Assembly: GCA_045047305.1 (NCBI GenBank)
Contig: JASFYO010000074.1
Coordinates: 1 to 28,812 of the forward strand
Length of the DNA stretch: 28,812 bases
Direction of reading: 5' to 3'
From: Planctomycetota bacterium
GTDB lineage: Bacteria > Planctomycetota > UBA1135
Below, in pieces: positions 8,693 to 17,950 of the stretch; the first letter of the stretch is position 1; every line of letters begins with the position of its first letter. The notes under the pieces were generated by a model. The model saw only the letters and a list, made by a program, of their open reading frames with translations, searched no databases and was not told where the DNA came from. Position numbers and translations under genes: made by a program.

Positions 8693-9748
8693 TTAGGTCG
8701 GTGTTGGGGTGAACCAGAGACGGCGCAGCATAAAGGAAACGCGCACCATCAGTATTAGGACTGGTACTTCTACTAGCGGACCAATAACCGCGGCGAAGGC
8801 AACGCCTGAATCGATACCGAAAACCGCGATGGCAACCGCGATGGCAAGTTCAAAATTGTTTCCGGTCGCCGTGAAGGACAAAGTTGCAGCTCGTTCATAA
8901 TCGGCACCGGCGCGTTTTGCCATCCAAAAACTAGCGAAGAACATGATGACAAAATACAAACTTAAAGGGATCGCAATCGTGAGTACGTCGAACGGAATAG
9001 CCACGATCATTTGGCCTTTCATGCTGAACATCACCATGATGGTGAAGAGGAGCGCGATGAGCGTAATGGGGGAGATGCGTGGCAGGAAAACCTGTTCATA
9101 CCATGTGTCGCCTTTGGCTTGACGCAAGAAACGCCGAGTGAGGTATCCGGCGACAAACGGGACTCCCAAATAGAGCAGCACGCTTTGGAAAACGTCGACC
9201 ATGGAAATGTTGAATGCCGTGGCTTCGAGCCCACACCAAGGGGCCAGTACGCACAAGAAGAACCAGGCGTAGAAACTATAGGTTAGGACTTGGAAAATGG
9301 AGTTAAATGCAACTAGCCCTGCGCAATATTCCCGGTTTCCGCCGGCCAAATCGTTCCAAACTAAAACCATGGCAATGCAACGCGCTAAGCCGACCAGAAT
9401 GAGCCCAATCATGTACTCCGGTTGATCGCGCAAGAACAAAAAGGCAAGTGCAAACATTAGCGTGGGGCCGACCAACCAGTTTTGTATCAAGCTCAGCCCG
9501 AGAATGCGCTTGTCGCGAAATACCTGGCCGAGTTCCTCATAACGCACTTTGGCAAGAGGCGGCCACATCATGAGAATCAAACCGATGGCTAAGGGAATGT
9601 TGGTAGTTCCAATATCCAGACGATGCAACTGGGTTGTGCTTTCTGGCCAGAAGTATCCCATCCCGACGCCGCAAGCCATGGCAAGGAAAATCCATAGAGT
9701 CAGCCAGCGATCAAGGAAGGACATGGTTTGCGGCCGGCCGTTGGTCAT
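8693..9748 (-). CDS. acr3: ACR3-family arsenite efflux transporter
   Basis: [52 protein letters not shown] and GPLVEVP; about 10 TM; 4-nt overlap with arsR. Confidence 0.95.
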   Translation of the reverse strand: MTNGRPQTMSFLDRWLTLWIFLAMACGVGMGYFWPESTTQLHRLDIGTTNIPLAIGLILMMWPPLAKVRYEELGQVFRDKRILGLSLIQNWLVGPTLMFALAFLFLRDQPEYMIGLILVGLARCIAMVLVWNDLAGGNREYCAGLVAFNSIFQVLTYSFYAWFFLCVLAPWCGLEATAFNISMVDVFQSVLLYLGVPFVAGYLTRRFLRQAKGDTWYEQVFLPRISPITLIALLFTIMVMFSMKGQMIVAIPFDVLTIAIPLSLYFVIMFFASFWMAKRAGADYERAATLSFTATGNNFELAIAVAIAVFGIDSGVAFAAVIGPLVEVPVLILMVRVSFMLRRLWFTPTPT

Positions 9749-10083
9749 AGGAGATTGCCGATTAAGGATTCAAAGGAGCGCCGCGTTTCGGGGTTAATGC
9801 AATAACAGCGTCTTGGCCCATCCACTTCGCCTTGGATCCAGCCCGCCTGTTTTAATCGTTTGAGGTGCTGGCTCACAGTTGATGCGGCAAGCCCGACTTC
9901 GGCTTGGAGATCACCTGCAATGCAGCTTTGTTGCGCAATCAGCACGCGCAGAATGCGTACCCGCGCTGGGTTCCCTAGGGCTTTGGCTAGGCGGGCGAGC
10001 TCCAATTCCTCTTGTGGCTTGGCGTCTAGCTTCAGGTTGACGGTTTCTTCACAGCAATCTGAGCGGGAGCTTTCATTTCTCAT
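9745..10083 (-). CDS. arsR: ArsR/SmtB-family metalloregulator
   Basis: [28 protein letters not shown] and YCIN winged HTH; Cys10, Cys11 and Cys54; first gene of the ars operon. Confidence 0.92.
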   Translation of the reverse strand: MRNESSRSDCCEETVNLKLDAKPQEELELARLAKALGNPARVRILRVLIAQQSCIAGDLQAEVGLAASTVSQHLKRLKQAGWIQGEVDGPRRCYCINPETRRSFESLIGNLL

Positions 10084-10101
10084 TTCGTTAAATTACGAAA
10101 T
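10082..10101. promoter_or_regulatory. Probable ArsR operator (7-6-7 inverted repeat)
   Basis: ATTTCGT-TAAATT-ACGAAAT has perfect arms and overlaps the -10 box and start codon of arsR. Confidence 0.75.
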
Positions 10102-10118
10102 AACTACGGATTGCGCAA
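10084..10118 (-). promoter_or_regulatory. Sigma-70-type promoter of the ars operon, leaderless geometry
   Basis: Minus strand reads TTGCGC-17 nt-TAATTT-AACGAA-ATG. Confidence 0.65.
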
Positions 10119-10143
10119 GTGGGTAGACTCCAATCTTCTTTCC

Positions 10144-11640
10144 ATGTCCCACTTCGCCCTCTTAGCTCCACTCCTGCTCGCCAGCACCCTTCTGGCTCAG
10201 GAAACTCCGTCTTCCACCTCCCCCAAGCCGATTCCAGAGCCCAAAGTGTTCTACACCGGACATGAAGGAAGTTTTCACGGAGTGGACGTCGCTTATGAAG
10301 CGATTGCGGGAGAGACCTATTTGCGCGATACCGACGGCAATCCAACCGCCTCCATTTTCTCCACCTCTTATGTCATGGAAGATGTCGAGGACCCCACCAC
10401 CCGTGCAGTGACCTTCTTGTGGAATGGTGGCCCGGGATCGGCATCGGTGTGGCTACACATGGGAGCCTTTGGACCTTTGCGCGTGGATATCCCAAGTGAT
10501 GCGCGCGACGATGGCGCTCCGCCATATCCATTAATCGCAAACCCAGGGACATTCCTCGATTTATCCGATATCGTTTTTATTGATCCCGTCGGCACTGGTT
10601 TTAGCCGCCCGTTGGGCGATGCAGAGGGCAAGGATTTTTACGGTGTGAAGCAAGATGCGGAATCCATCGCGCAGTTCATTCGCTTATGGCTTACCGAGCA
10701 TGGCCGTTGGAATTCCCCCAAATTCATTGGCGGGGAAAGTTATGGCACCACGCGTGCCGCCGCCGTGGTGCGGGAGTTGGAATCTGGTTTTGACGATGTT
10801 GCGCTTAACGGAATCTTGCTGATTTCCACCATTTTAGATTTCAGTATTGAGAATCATACCGCTGGCAATGAGCTGCCCAGCATGATGCATTTACCCACTA
10901 TGGCAGCGACTGCGAAGTACCACGGCAAGGCGGGGGATGGGATTTCGCTTGAAGATTTCGTGGAGCAAGCGCGGCAATATGCACTAAATGAGTATGCTCA
11001 TGCTTTGTTGCAAGGCAATAGCCTCTCTGACTCTGAGCGCGCCGAGGTGCGTAAAAGGCTGTCATCCTTTACCGGTCTTAGTGAGGCCTTTATCGAGCGT
11101 AACGACTTACGTTTGCAGCCGGGACGTTTTCAAAAGGAACTTCTGCGTGAGCAAGGCCTCACCGTCGGACGTTTGGATTCCCGCTATACCGGAGTCGATT
11201 TTGATTCTGCTGGGGAACACAGCGATCAGGACCCTTCTTTCTACGGAATCGATGGCGCCTATGCTGCAGCAATCAACCATCACCTGCAGAACAATCTCGA
11301 TGTAGAGATTGACCGCCACTACAACATTATTGGCGGACTCGGCGGTTCATGGGACTGGAAGGTCCCTGGTGTCCCATTCAACTACTTCAACCTTGCGCCT
11401 TGGATCGGTAAGGCCATGCGCGAGAATCAAGACTTGGAGGTGTTTGTTGCGGCGGGATATTATGATTTCGCTACGCCATTTTTCGCTGCAGAGTACAGCT
11501 TGAATCGGGCTGGTATCGTTGCGCAACGCGTGCATTTTCACTACTACGAAGCCGGCCACATGATGTACATTCATCATCCGTCATTGCGCAAAATGCAGGC
11601 CGACGTACACGCTTTCCTCGAGAATGCGTTAAGGAACTAA
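10144..11640 (+). CDS. Secreted S10-family serine carboxypeptidase
   Basis: Signal peptide from ATG 10144 (MSHFALLAPLLLASTLLA-QE); NGGPGSAS, FIDPVGTGFS, GESYG nucleophile, GYYDFATP and AGHMMY. Confidence 0.92.
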   Translation: MSHFALLAPLLLASTLLAQETPSSTSPKPIPEPKVFYTGHEGSFHGVDVAYEAIAGETYLRDTDGNPTASIFSTSYVMEDVEDPTTRAVTFLWNGGPGSASVWLHMGAFGPLRVDIPSDARDDGAPPYPLIANPGTFLDLSDIVFIDPVGTGFSRPLGDAEGKDFYGVKQDAESIAQFIRLWLTEHGRWNSPKFIGGESYGTTRAAAVVRELESGFDDVALNGILLISTILDFSIENHTAGNELPSMMHLPTMAATAKYHGKAGDGISLEDFVEQARQYALNEYAHALLQGNSLSDSERAEVRKRLSSFTGLSEAFIERNDLRLQPGRFQKELLREQGLTVGRLDSRYTGVDFDSAGEHSDQDPSFYGIDGAYAAAINHHLQNNLDVEIDRHYNIIGGLGGSWDWKVPGVPFNYFNLAPWIGKAMRENQDLEVFVAAGYYDFATPFFAAEYSLNRAGIVAQRVHFHYYEAGHMMYIHHPSLRKMQADVHAFLENALRN

Positions 11641-11649
11641 GTGCCGGAT

Positions 11650-13338
11650 TTATTCCCCGTCGTCAAAACGCCATGTGACGGGGAAGTCCTTGCTGACTTC
11701 CAAACCTAGTAATTCAGCACGCATCAATTCAATTGGGATGGGGCCAGAGTGCATCACTGCATCGTGAAATTGCTTATCGGTCCAGCCTTTCTGATCTACC
11801 AATTCCTTTTGCAAGGCGCGTAGCTGCAGGCCGCCAGTCATATAAGCGCATTGATAAAGCGGTCCGTATCCACCCTGAATGCTGCGTCGGACTTCCGCGG
11901 TGGCATTGCGACGTTCATGCCCAACTTCGTTCACTAAAAAATCGACGCACTCTTCCGCACTCCATTCCCCGAGATGGAATTTGAGTGAGAAAATAATCCG
12001 TGCACATCGATGACTGCGCCAGAAGAGCATGCCAATTCGGTCCTCTGGGGAGCGGGCAAACCCCAAATCCCACAACCGAAGTTCCCAGTAAAGGGCCCAT
12101 CCCTCGACCAAGAACGGGGTGTAAAACGCCCGCCGGTGCGGCTTCCAGCGCTGACTCATGAATCCCTGCAAGTGGTGCCCCGGAATCAACTCATGGTGTA
12201 CGGTGGCGCGAGCATAGTGCTGGTTGTTACCGCGCATGGACATAACCTTGTCAGCATGCTCCATGGAGTCGGTGGGGTAGGCAATGGAAATCACTTCGCC
12301 GCCGGTGAAGTAGGGCGTGTATTTTTGGCGTTCCACACTCATCATGTCCATGCGCCAAACTTTTTTAGCCACATCAGGGATGGTGATGAGGTCGCGCTCT
12401 TCTAAAAACGCAATGGCCTCTTCTGCCAACTCTTGAATGAGTTGAGGTTGTTTGCCTGGCGCAACATGCTGCAGCTTGACTTGTTCCTGCGCGGCGCGCC
12501 AATCGTTGGCCAACCCCATTTCAGTAGCGGCTTTTTTGCGCTCTATTTGGCACCACGCAAACTCACGTTCTGCAATCGCAATCAGCTCCGCGGGAGAATA
12601 GGCAATGCGCTCAAACTGGAGTTCTTGAAGTAGTGCAAGCTTCCCAATCGGATCTCCGATGAGCGCGTCGGTGTTATTGTCATCTAAGCCACCAAGCTCT
12701 TCGCGCAGGAATTCTGCATAGGCTTCGAGTTTGGGCTGCAGGGTTTCCCATGGAGCTTTACACCACCAGGAGTATTCTGGTTCATACCCCATGCGGTCCT
12801 CATGCCATAAGGAAAGTTTCGCTGCCAAGCGTTCCATTTGCTTCGCAGCGCGATTGGCAAGGGAAGGGGCTACGACCGGAATTCGGGCGCGGAAATCTTC
12901 CATCGCTTGGTCGATGGCCAGTGCAGCATTCGACATTGTCTGGGCGCTAGATTCTGCCTCCACCCAATGGCGCTTGGCCTTTTGCTCCAGAAGTCCCACA
13001 AGTGGCAGGGCGAAGGGGAGGAGCGGCAGCACTTCCGAAGTGCGTGCGACTTCTAACTCAAGAAGGGCAAAATCATGTGCAATGAGATTGTTTAGCAGAA
13101 GCCAATCAGTTTGAGACTCTCGGTTTAAGTTCTCAAAAGAAATGGCTTGAAGCTTGCTGCTCCATTCAAGATTCAACTGCCCCTTTCGCTTCAAACCGTA
13201 TGCGCTTAGTGGCACCGAATAGATGCGCGCAAAGGCATTGCGGTCTGCAGTGTACTGCGCAATCAGCTCACTCGTTGTGGCTGGTGCTGTTTGTTGGGGA
13301 GTAAGAGAAGCAATGAGCAGCAAGGAGCCAAGCAGCAT
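11650..13338 (-). CDS. DUF885-family secreted putative metallopeptidase
   Basis: HHELIPGHHLQ, VEGWALYWE, RCARII and EVRR..YQCAYMTG; N-terminal hydrophobic signal. Confidence 0.85.
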   Translation of the reverse strand: MLLGSLLLIASLTPQQTAPATTSELIAQYTADRNAFARIYSVPLSAYGLKRKGQLNLEWSSKLQAISFENLNRESQTDWLLLNNLIAHDFALLELEVARTSEVLPLLPFALPLVGLLEQKAKRHWVEAESSAQTMSNAALAIDQAMEDFRARIPVVAPSLANRAAKQMERLAAKLSLWHEDRMGYEPEYSWWCKAPWETLQPKLEAYAEFLREELGGLDDNNTDALIGDPIGKLALLQELQFERIAYSPAELIAIAEREFAWCQIERKKAATEMGLANDWRAAQEQVKLQHVAPGKQPQLIQELAEEAIAFLEERDLITIPDVAKKVWRMDMMSVERQKYTPYFTGGEVISIAYPTDSMEHADKVMSMRGNNQHYARATVHHELIPGHHLQGFMSQRWKPHRRAFYTPFLVEGWALYWELRLWDLGFARSPEDRIGMLFWRSHRCARIIFSLKFHLGEWSAEECVDFLVNEVGHERRNATAEVRRSIQGGYGPLYQCAYMTGGLQLRALQKELVDQKGWTDKQFHDAVMHSGPIPIELMRAELLGLEVSKDFPVTWRFDDGE

Positions 13339-13353
13339 GCTTAGAGCCTAGCA
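13339..13353 (-). promoter_or_regulatory. Extended -10 promoter, leaderless geometry
   Basis: Minus strand reads TGC-TAGGCT-CTAAGC-ATG. Confidence 0.55.
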
Positions 13354-13366
13354 GAAAGCGAATCTT

Positions 13367-13400
13367 TCGCTCCCAATTCTGCAAGTGCGATTGGGAGCGA
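13367..13400. repeat. 11-bp perfect inverted repeat (hairpin) just downstream of ccsBA
   Basis: TCGCTCCCAAT-12 nt-ATTGGGAGCGA, 6 nt after the ccsBA stop. No U-tract follows on the coding strand. Confidence 0.7.
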
Positions 13401-13406
13401 CCGTGC

Positions 13407-16400
13407 TTAGGATGCCGCCGGGGGAAGCGGAGGAGTGTTTGCTGTACCGTTACTTTTTAGCAAATGAGCGGCTCCACAAAGCAGGATGACTCCAGCCTCA
13501 AAGGCCCAGTAAGCGTAGAGGGCCATGGCTACGCCACTAGTGAATCCGTAGCTGTGCAGGCCAACATTAAGTAGGTTTACGCCCCACCATGAGGCGGAAA
13601 CTACCGCGCCGCCGATGACCGCCATGTTGGCCAAGCCGCGTGCGCGGATGAAGCCACCTAGGCGTGAGTGCAAGACCACCAGCATCCATAAGCAAATCAG
13701 CAAAGCGCCGTTTTCTTTTGGGTCCCAGCCCCAGAACCGTCCCCAGCTATCGTTTGCCCAAACTCCACCCATGATGGTGCCGAACAGGGCAAACAAAAGG
13801 GTGAAACAAACCGTTCCGTAAATCATACGGGTGATGCCTTGGTAGAATTCCTTGTCGCCTTTGCGTAAGCCGAACAGCTTCCCGAACAACCACACATGGG
13901 CGATCGCAGCTGCAAGTAAGCCGCCGGCGTATCCCATGGCAATAGTGGTGACGTGAATCGCTAGGTAGTAATTGGTGTCAAGTACCGCGACTACCGAACC
14001 CATGGTGTCACCAACCGTGGCAACTTCATGAAGCTCATAGCGCCCAGCGAGGAACATGCCGGCAACTCCGAGGAATGCAGCAAGGAAAACCGCGATGCGT
14101 TGTCGGGTGATCCATTCCATAAGCAGGGACACCAAAACCACCACGGAAGTGATGAACAGAATGGTGTCGTAAAGGGTGACTACTGGTGGGCGTTCGCGGA
14201 TGATGCAGCGCATCACGATGCCGGTGGTAGCCATGGCGAAGGCGAGGATTACTGTGCCGGTGACTGCGTAGCGCATCCAGTTTGCGTTCGGCATAAGGAA
14301 ACCGACCGAAGCCAAGATGAAAGCGATAAGGTAGAAGACCAGCGAGTTAGTGAATAAATTCCAGTGATAAAGTTTGACCTCCATTGGAATGTGCTTGTAC
14401 TCGCCACGCGCAGTGACCATGCCGACGAGTTCGGTGTGGAGGGCTTGCATCGCGATTTCAAATGCAGCGGGGTCGGTCTTCACTTGCTCTAGCCTTTCAA
14501 GCATGCCGAACAGCAAGATTTGTGGGCTGGAGTCGGCACCTTCACCCTTAAAGGACTTCAGTATGAGGTCGTTAGGGCTCCACCAGGTTTGGTTGTCGCT
14601 GGCGTGGTCATGACCGTCGTTTATTTCCGCGGGAGGGAACAGAGTGATGGCGCGACGACTCATCGCCATGCCGCTTTGTAGACGGTTAAACAGTGCTGTC
14701 GTAGCAATGAAGGTTGGTGAGCCTGCCGCATGGAGTTGCGACAACTCTTGAAGTTGTGCAGCATGCGGCAAAATCCAGGCGACGCCAGCCTGTTTCGGAC
14801 CGAGGATATCAATTAACACAGGGTCGGCCTCGGTTGGGTAGTCCAACCGCGAAATGACCATCAGCGAGGAGAGGGATTCGTAGGTGGAGAGATCCGTCGC
14901 AAGCTTTAGAATTTGACGTTGCAGGCTGTCGCGCAATGCAGCATCGGTTTCAACCGCAACAGCCGCCTTTTCACGCAACTCGGTGATTCCTGGAATGAGC
15001 TCGTTATAGCTATACCAATCGCGTTTTTTCTTGGATGGAACTCCCATGACGGTGAGCACGGCATCGTCTTGAATGCGAAAGCAAGGATAGTCATTGGCGA
15101 GTTCGGGGAAGAACAGCACGTCGAGCAACCAGCGGTTCTGATCGAGCTTGGTGCCGTCTTCTAGCTTCAAGGTGCGCTTGCCGTTCAGGGTTAGCAAGCG
15201 CAAGCCGGCGTAACTATCCATTGGCTTGACGCGTCCACCATCCTGTACCGGCAGGGTGCTAAAGAGGTCGACTGTTGCGTCGCTCCAGCGTGCCTGGGCT
15301 TCTAACTCTTGTGCAGAGACTGCATTTGAGAGCGCGAAGAGCAAGATTAAAGGCATCGCGCGTCGTTTGTTCTGGCGCTGAATGAACTTCCATAAGTGTT
15401 TGCCAAAGGTTATGACTAGGCCCAGGGTGATAACCCACAGGCTGTATTCCGGCCACTTGTCTGACGGGTTGCGAACCACCGAAAACCACGAGTATTCACC
15501 ATTACGGTCTTCTCCATATCCAGATTGAAACAGGACTAAGCCTTTGTCGCGCAAGGGTTCATTCATTTGAATCAAAATCGACTGACTGCCGCGCTCATCC
15601 GTGCGGGTGACGTTACTTCGATAGGCTTTTGCCATGGTCATGCCGGGGTATTCCTCTTTGGTGAACTTATCAAGGCGGATGCTGAAGGGCATGGGGTAAG
15701 TCGCGTTGCTCATGTCCATTACGAACTGACGTCCCTCAACCTCCACTTTCCAGGGGCCGGCTTGTGGAAACCACAGCAGCCCTTTGCTTGAAGTGCCATC
15801 GACGGCAATCACTTCCGCATGAATTCCGGCAGCGTTTTGGGCCAGATCCTTAGCTAATGGGCGGCGGAAGAAGCCGAAGCCGTCGATGACCTCTCCTTCA
15901 GCATTCCAGTTGGGGCCTTTTGGAAGAACACTACAGTTGGGCACGAAGCCACTGAGCTTTAAGGTGAAGGGTAAATCTGCAGCATGAAAGCTGCGCGTGT
16001 TGTCGCCTTCCAAGTCGGTGAATTGGTCGTCGGCCAAAACCCACTGTGGGCTTTCTGTGCTAGCTCGTAACTCCCAAATCGAAATTTGCCATTTGCTGTT
16101 GCTGGTGAAATTGTCCGCCTGCTGCCCGATGTAAAGCCGTAGTTGCCCTTCCTCCGAATTGGTGAGCTTCACCAAGCTGGAGAGCAGCATGGCAATGATG
16201 CCAAAGTGAATGATCAGCACCCCGACATTGCGCGCGCGCCATTTAATACGCACCAACCCACCAAGAATGAGATTGACCGTGAGTAAGGACATCACCAAAA
16301 CACCGCCTGGAAAGATGGGGATGCCGGAACCAGTGGTTAGAAACCAAGAGTTAAAAAAGGTTTCTTTCGCTTCATATAAGCCGTGCTCCACTTGGAACAG

Positions 16401-16487
16401 GGTGCCCAAAATAGTGAGTGAAAAGAGGCATAACAATAGAGTGCAAGCCAAGCCATAGCTGCCCAGTATTTTCCAAATGATTTTCAT
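13407..16487 (-). CDS. ccsA: Fused System II cytochrome c synthase (ResB/CcsB + ResC/CcsA)
   Basis: N-terminal ResB-like part (ILGTLFQ, IHFG, MNEPL....LFQS); WWD motif WANDSWGRFWGWDPKE; four His in the expected contexts (IHFG, AIHV, VLHSR, GLHSYG). Confidence 0.9.
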   Translation of the reverse strand: MKIIWKILGSYGLACTLLLCLFSLTILGTLFQVEHGLYEAKETFFNSWFLTTGSGIPIFPGGVLVMSLLTVNLILGGLVRIKWRARNVGVLIIHFGIIAMLLSSLVKLTNSEEGQLRLYIGQQADNFTSNSKWQISIWELRASTESPQWVLADDQFTDLEGDNTRSFHAADLPFTLKLSGFVPNCSVLPKGPNWNAEGEVIDGFGFFRRPLAKDLAQNAAGIHAEVIAVDGTSSKGLLWFPQAGPWKVEVEGRQFVMDMSNATYPMPFSIRLDKFTKEEYPGMTMAKAYRSNVTRTDERGSQSILIQMNEPLRDKGLVLFQSGYGEDRNGEYSWFSVVRNPSDKWPEYSLWVITLGLVITFGKHLWKFIQRQNKRRAMPLILLFALSNAVSAQELEAQARWSDATVDLFSTLPVQDGGRVKPMDSYAGLRLLTLNGKRTLKLEDGTKLDQNRWLLDVLFFPELANDYPCFRIQDDAVLTVMGVPSKKKRDWYSYNELIPGITELREKAAVAVETDAALRDSLQRQILKLATDLSTYESLSSLMVISRLDYPTEADPVLIDILGPKQAGVAWILPHAAQLQELSQLHAAGSPTFIATTALFNRLQSGMAMSRRAITLFPPAEINDGHDHASDNQTWWSPNDLILKSFKGEGADSSPQILLFGMLERLEQVKTDPAAFEIAMQALHTELVGMVTARGEYKHIPMEVKLYHWNLFTNSLVFYLIAFILASVGFLMPNANWMRYAVTGTVILAFAMATTGIVMRCIIRERPPVVTLYDTILFITSVVVLVSLLMEWITRQRIAVFLAAFLGVAGMFLAGRYELHEVATVGDTMGSVVAVLDTNYYLAIHVTTIAMGYAGGLLAAAIAHVWLFGKLFGLRKGDKEFYQGITRMIYGTVCFTLLFALFGTIMGGVWANDSWGRFWGWDPKENGALLICLWMLVVLHSRLGGFIRARGLANMAVIGGAVVSASWWGVNLLNVGLHSYGFTSGVAMALYAYWAFEAGVILLCGAAHLLKSNGTANTPPLPPAAS

Positions 16488-17617
16488 TATTGCACCTCCT
16501 CAAGCGAGGCCGCGAAAGCAAGGAAGGCCTCGCGGTGCCGGGCGACTTCTTCGACCGGGCCCACCATCTTGAGGAAGAATGCAGAACCATCTCCCAGCTT
16601 TGCAATGCCGAGCAAAGTTTGCTCACCTAAGGATTCTCCACTCATGCCGGTGAAATCCCCGTTGGCCTCAAGGAAGTGTGAGGGCGAGCCAAGGAAGGGA
16701 ACGCGCGGGAGGGCATCGATGTCCGCATTGGTCAGCGGATCTAAGCCAAGTTGGGTTTGCCAACGGTTGATGTTTGGCGCGATACCGCCGCCGGCTCCAC
16801 CGAGGACCACTAAGTAACACTCACTGTTATCGCCGACGCGGAGATTAAGCGTGCGCATGCTGCGTGGCCCGGCATCAGACCAACCTTCCGGTAAGCGGAA
16901 GCGAAATCCGTTTGCAAGGAAGCTCTCACCGTTTGCAGCTGGTTTTTCTGGCTCGGCGACAGGAGCTTGTTGCGCGTCGCTGCCTTGGCCAAAGTGCAAG
17001 GAACTCACGAAGGCCAGGAAACGTTCGTGTTCCGTATGTAAAAGTGCAGAGGGGCCGGTCATCTTTACGAAGATGGTGGCTTGATCGGTGGAAACCATGG
17101 CGCCAGTGAGGCCCCAATCCGCTTGCGCGTCGTTGCCCATCCCAGTGTAATTTCCTTCGATTTGCAGCAAACTGGCATCGCCGCCGAGCAACTTGATGGT
17201 TGGCAAGGAGATCAACTCGGATTCCTGCATTGGATCCAGGCCAACCTGCTTCCGCCAACGATTGAAGTTTGCAGCAAGCCCGCCACCATTGCCGCCAAGC
17301 ACGGAAACATAGCAATCCGCATCGGCATGGCCTCCAGGGTGCAGGTTGACCAAGCGCATGGAAGTAGGCGTTTCTAGGGTCCAGCCATCGGGTAGGTCAT
17401 AAAGCAAACTGTCGCCTTGGGGGTCGGCTTGCTGTTGCTTCTCGGAAGGTAGAGGCTCCGTTCCAAAACGTTGCTCAGGTGTGAGCGCATGCTTGGAATA
17501 TTGGGGCACCCAATCTGCAACGCGCTTGTCTGAGATCTCGACGTTGTCACCAGGGTTGCCACAAGCGACAATCCCGAGAAAGAGAGTTGAAAGTAGGGCT
17601 AGCCGGCGATTTTGCAT
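16487..17617 (-). CDS. Hypothetical lipoprotein with two tandem ~140-aa repeats
   Basis: Lipobox IVA-C. The repeats share LP.GW..SMR..NL..CY..VLGG.GGG...N.NRW..Q.GLDP..G.(Y/F)TGM..F.KM.GP..FLAF..SL. Its stop overlaps the ccsBA start (TAATG). Confidence 0.82.
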   Translation of the reverse strand: MQNRRLALLSTLFLGIVACGNPGDNVEISDKRVADWVPQYSKHALTPEQRFGTEPLPSEKQQQADPQGDSLLYDLPDGWTLETPTSMRLVNLHPGGHADADCYVSVLGGNGGGLAANFNRWRKQVGLDPMQESELISLPTIKLLGGDASLLQIEGNYTGMGNDAQADWGLTGAMVSTDQATIFVKMTGPSALLHTEHERFLAFVSSLHFGQGSDAQQAPVAEPEKPAANGESFLANGFRFRLPEGWSDAGPRSMRTLNLRVGDNSECYLVVLGGAGGGIAPNINRWQTQLGLDPLTNADIDALPRVPFLGSPSHFLEANGDFTGMSGESLGEQTLLGIAKLGDGSAFFLKMVGPVEEVARHREAFLAFAASLEEVQ

Positions 17618-17648
17618 GGAACCATGTTCAAGACATCCAGGAGCGCAA

Positions 17649-17657
17649 ATTGTAACA
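17649..17657 (-). promoter_or_regulatory. Extended -10 promoter for the lipoprotein-ccsBA operon
   Basis: Minus strand reads TGT-TACAAT, 31 nt upstream of the ATG at 17617. Confidence 0.55.
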
Positions 17658-17708
17658 ATCCCGAAACCGTTGGTGTTCTTATTTGATACCTAAACCTCCG
17701 GTGTTAAA

Positions 17709-17796
17709 GATGGTCGGGGAGACAGGATTCGCCGCGCAGCTGCGGAACGAAGTGCAGCCACCTGCGACCTCCTGAGAACGCATGTCCCAGGCCAGG
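17709..17796 (-). repeat. Duplicated tRNA-Pro 3' portion (anticodon arm to CCA) carrying two insertions
   Basis: 17709-17731 is identical to 17841-17863 (23 bp), 17760-17769 to 17865-17874, and 17784-17789 to 17880-17885. Insertions lie at 17732-17759 (T-loop) and 17775-17783 (anticodon stem). Confidence 0.9.
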
Positions 17797-17840
17797 CATA
17801 AAAAAACCGGTCGCGCTTGCGCGAAACCGGATGTTTTATG
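17797..17840 (-). terminator. Intrinsic terminator of tRNA-Pro
   Basis: Minus strand reads CATAAAACAT-CCGGT-TT-CGCGC-AA-GCGCG-ACCGG-TTTTTTTATG. Confidence 0.85.
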
Positions 17841-17841
17841 G

Positions 17842-17919
<78 letters not shown>

Positions 17920-17938
17920 AACCAGCGGCGAATGATAC

Positions 17939-17950
17939 TAGAATCTTGGC
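17939..17950 (+). promoter_or_regulatory. -10 box of elbB, leaderless geometry
   Basis: TAGAAT-CTTGGC-ATG, with no room for an SD. Confidence 0.55.

Noticed and set aside
7822..10118. ars operon as a mobile resistance island
   Set aside because: No flanking repeats, transposase or obvious compositional shift were seen.
17709..17840. A second functional or intron-containing tRNA gene
   Set aside because: No D-arm or 5' acceptor strand precedes the anticodon arm (the terminator is there), U33 is replaced by C, and the inserts are far too short for self-splicing introns.
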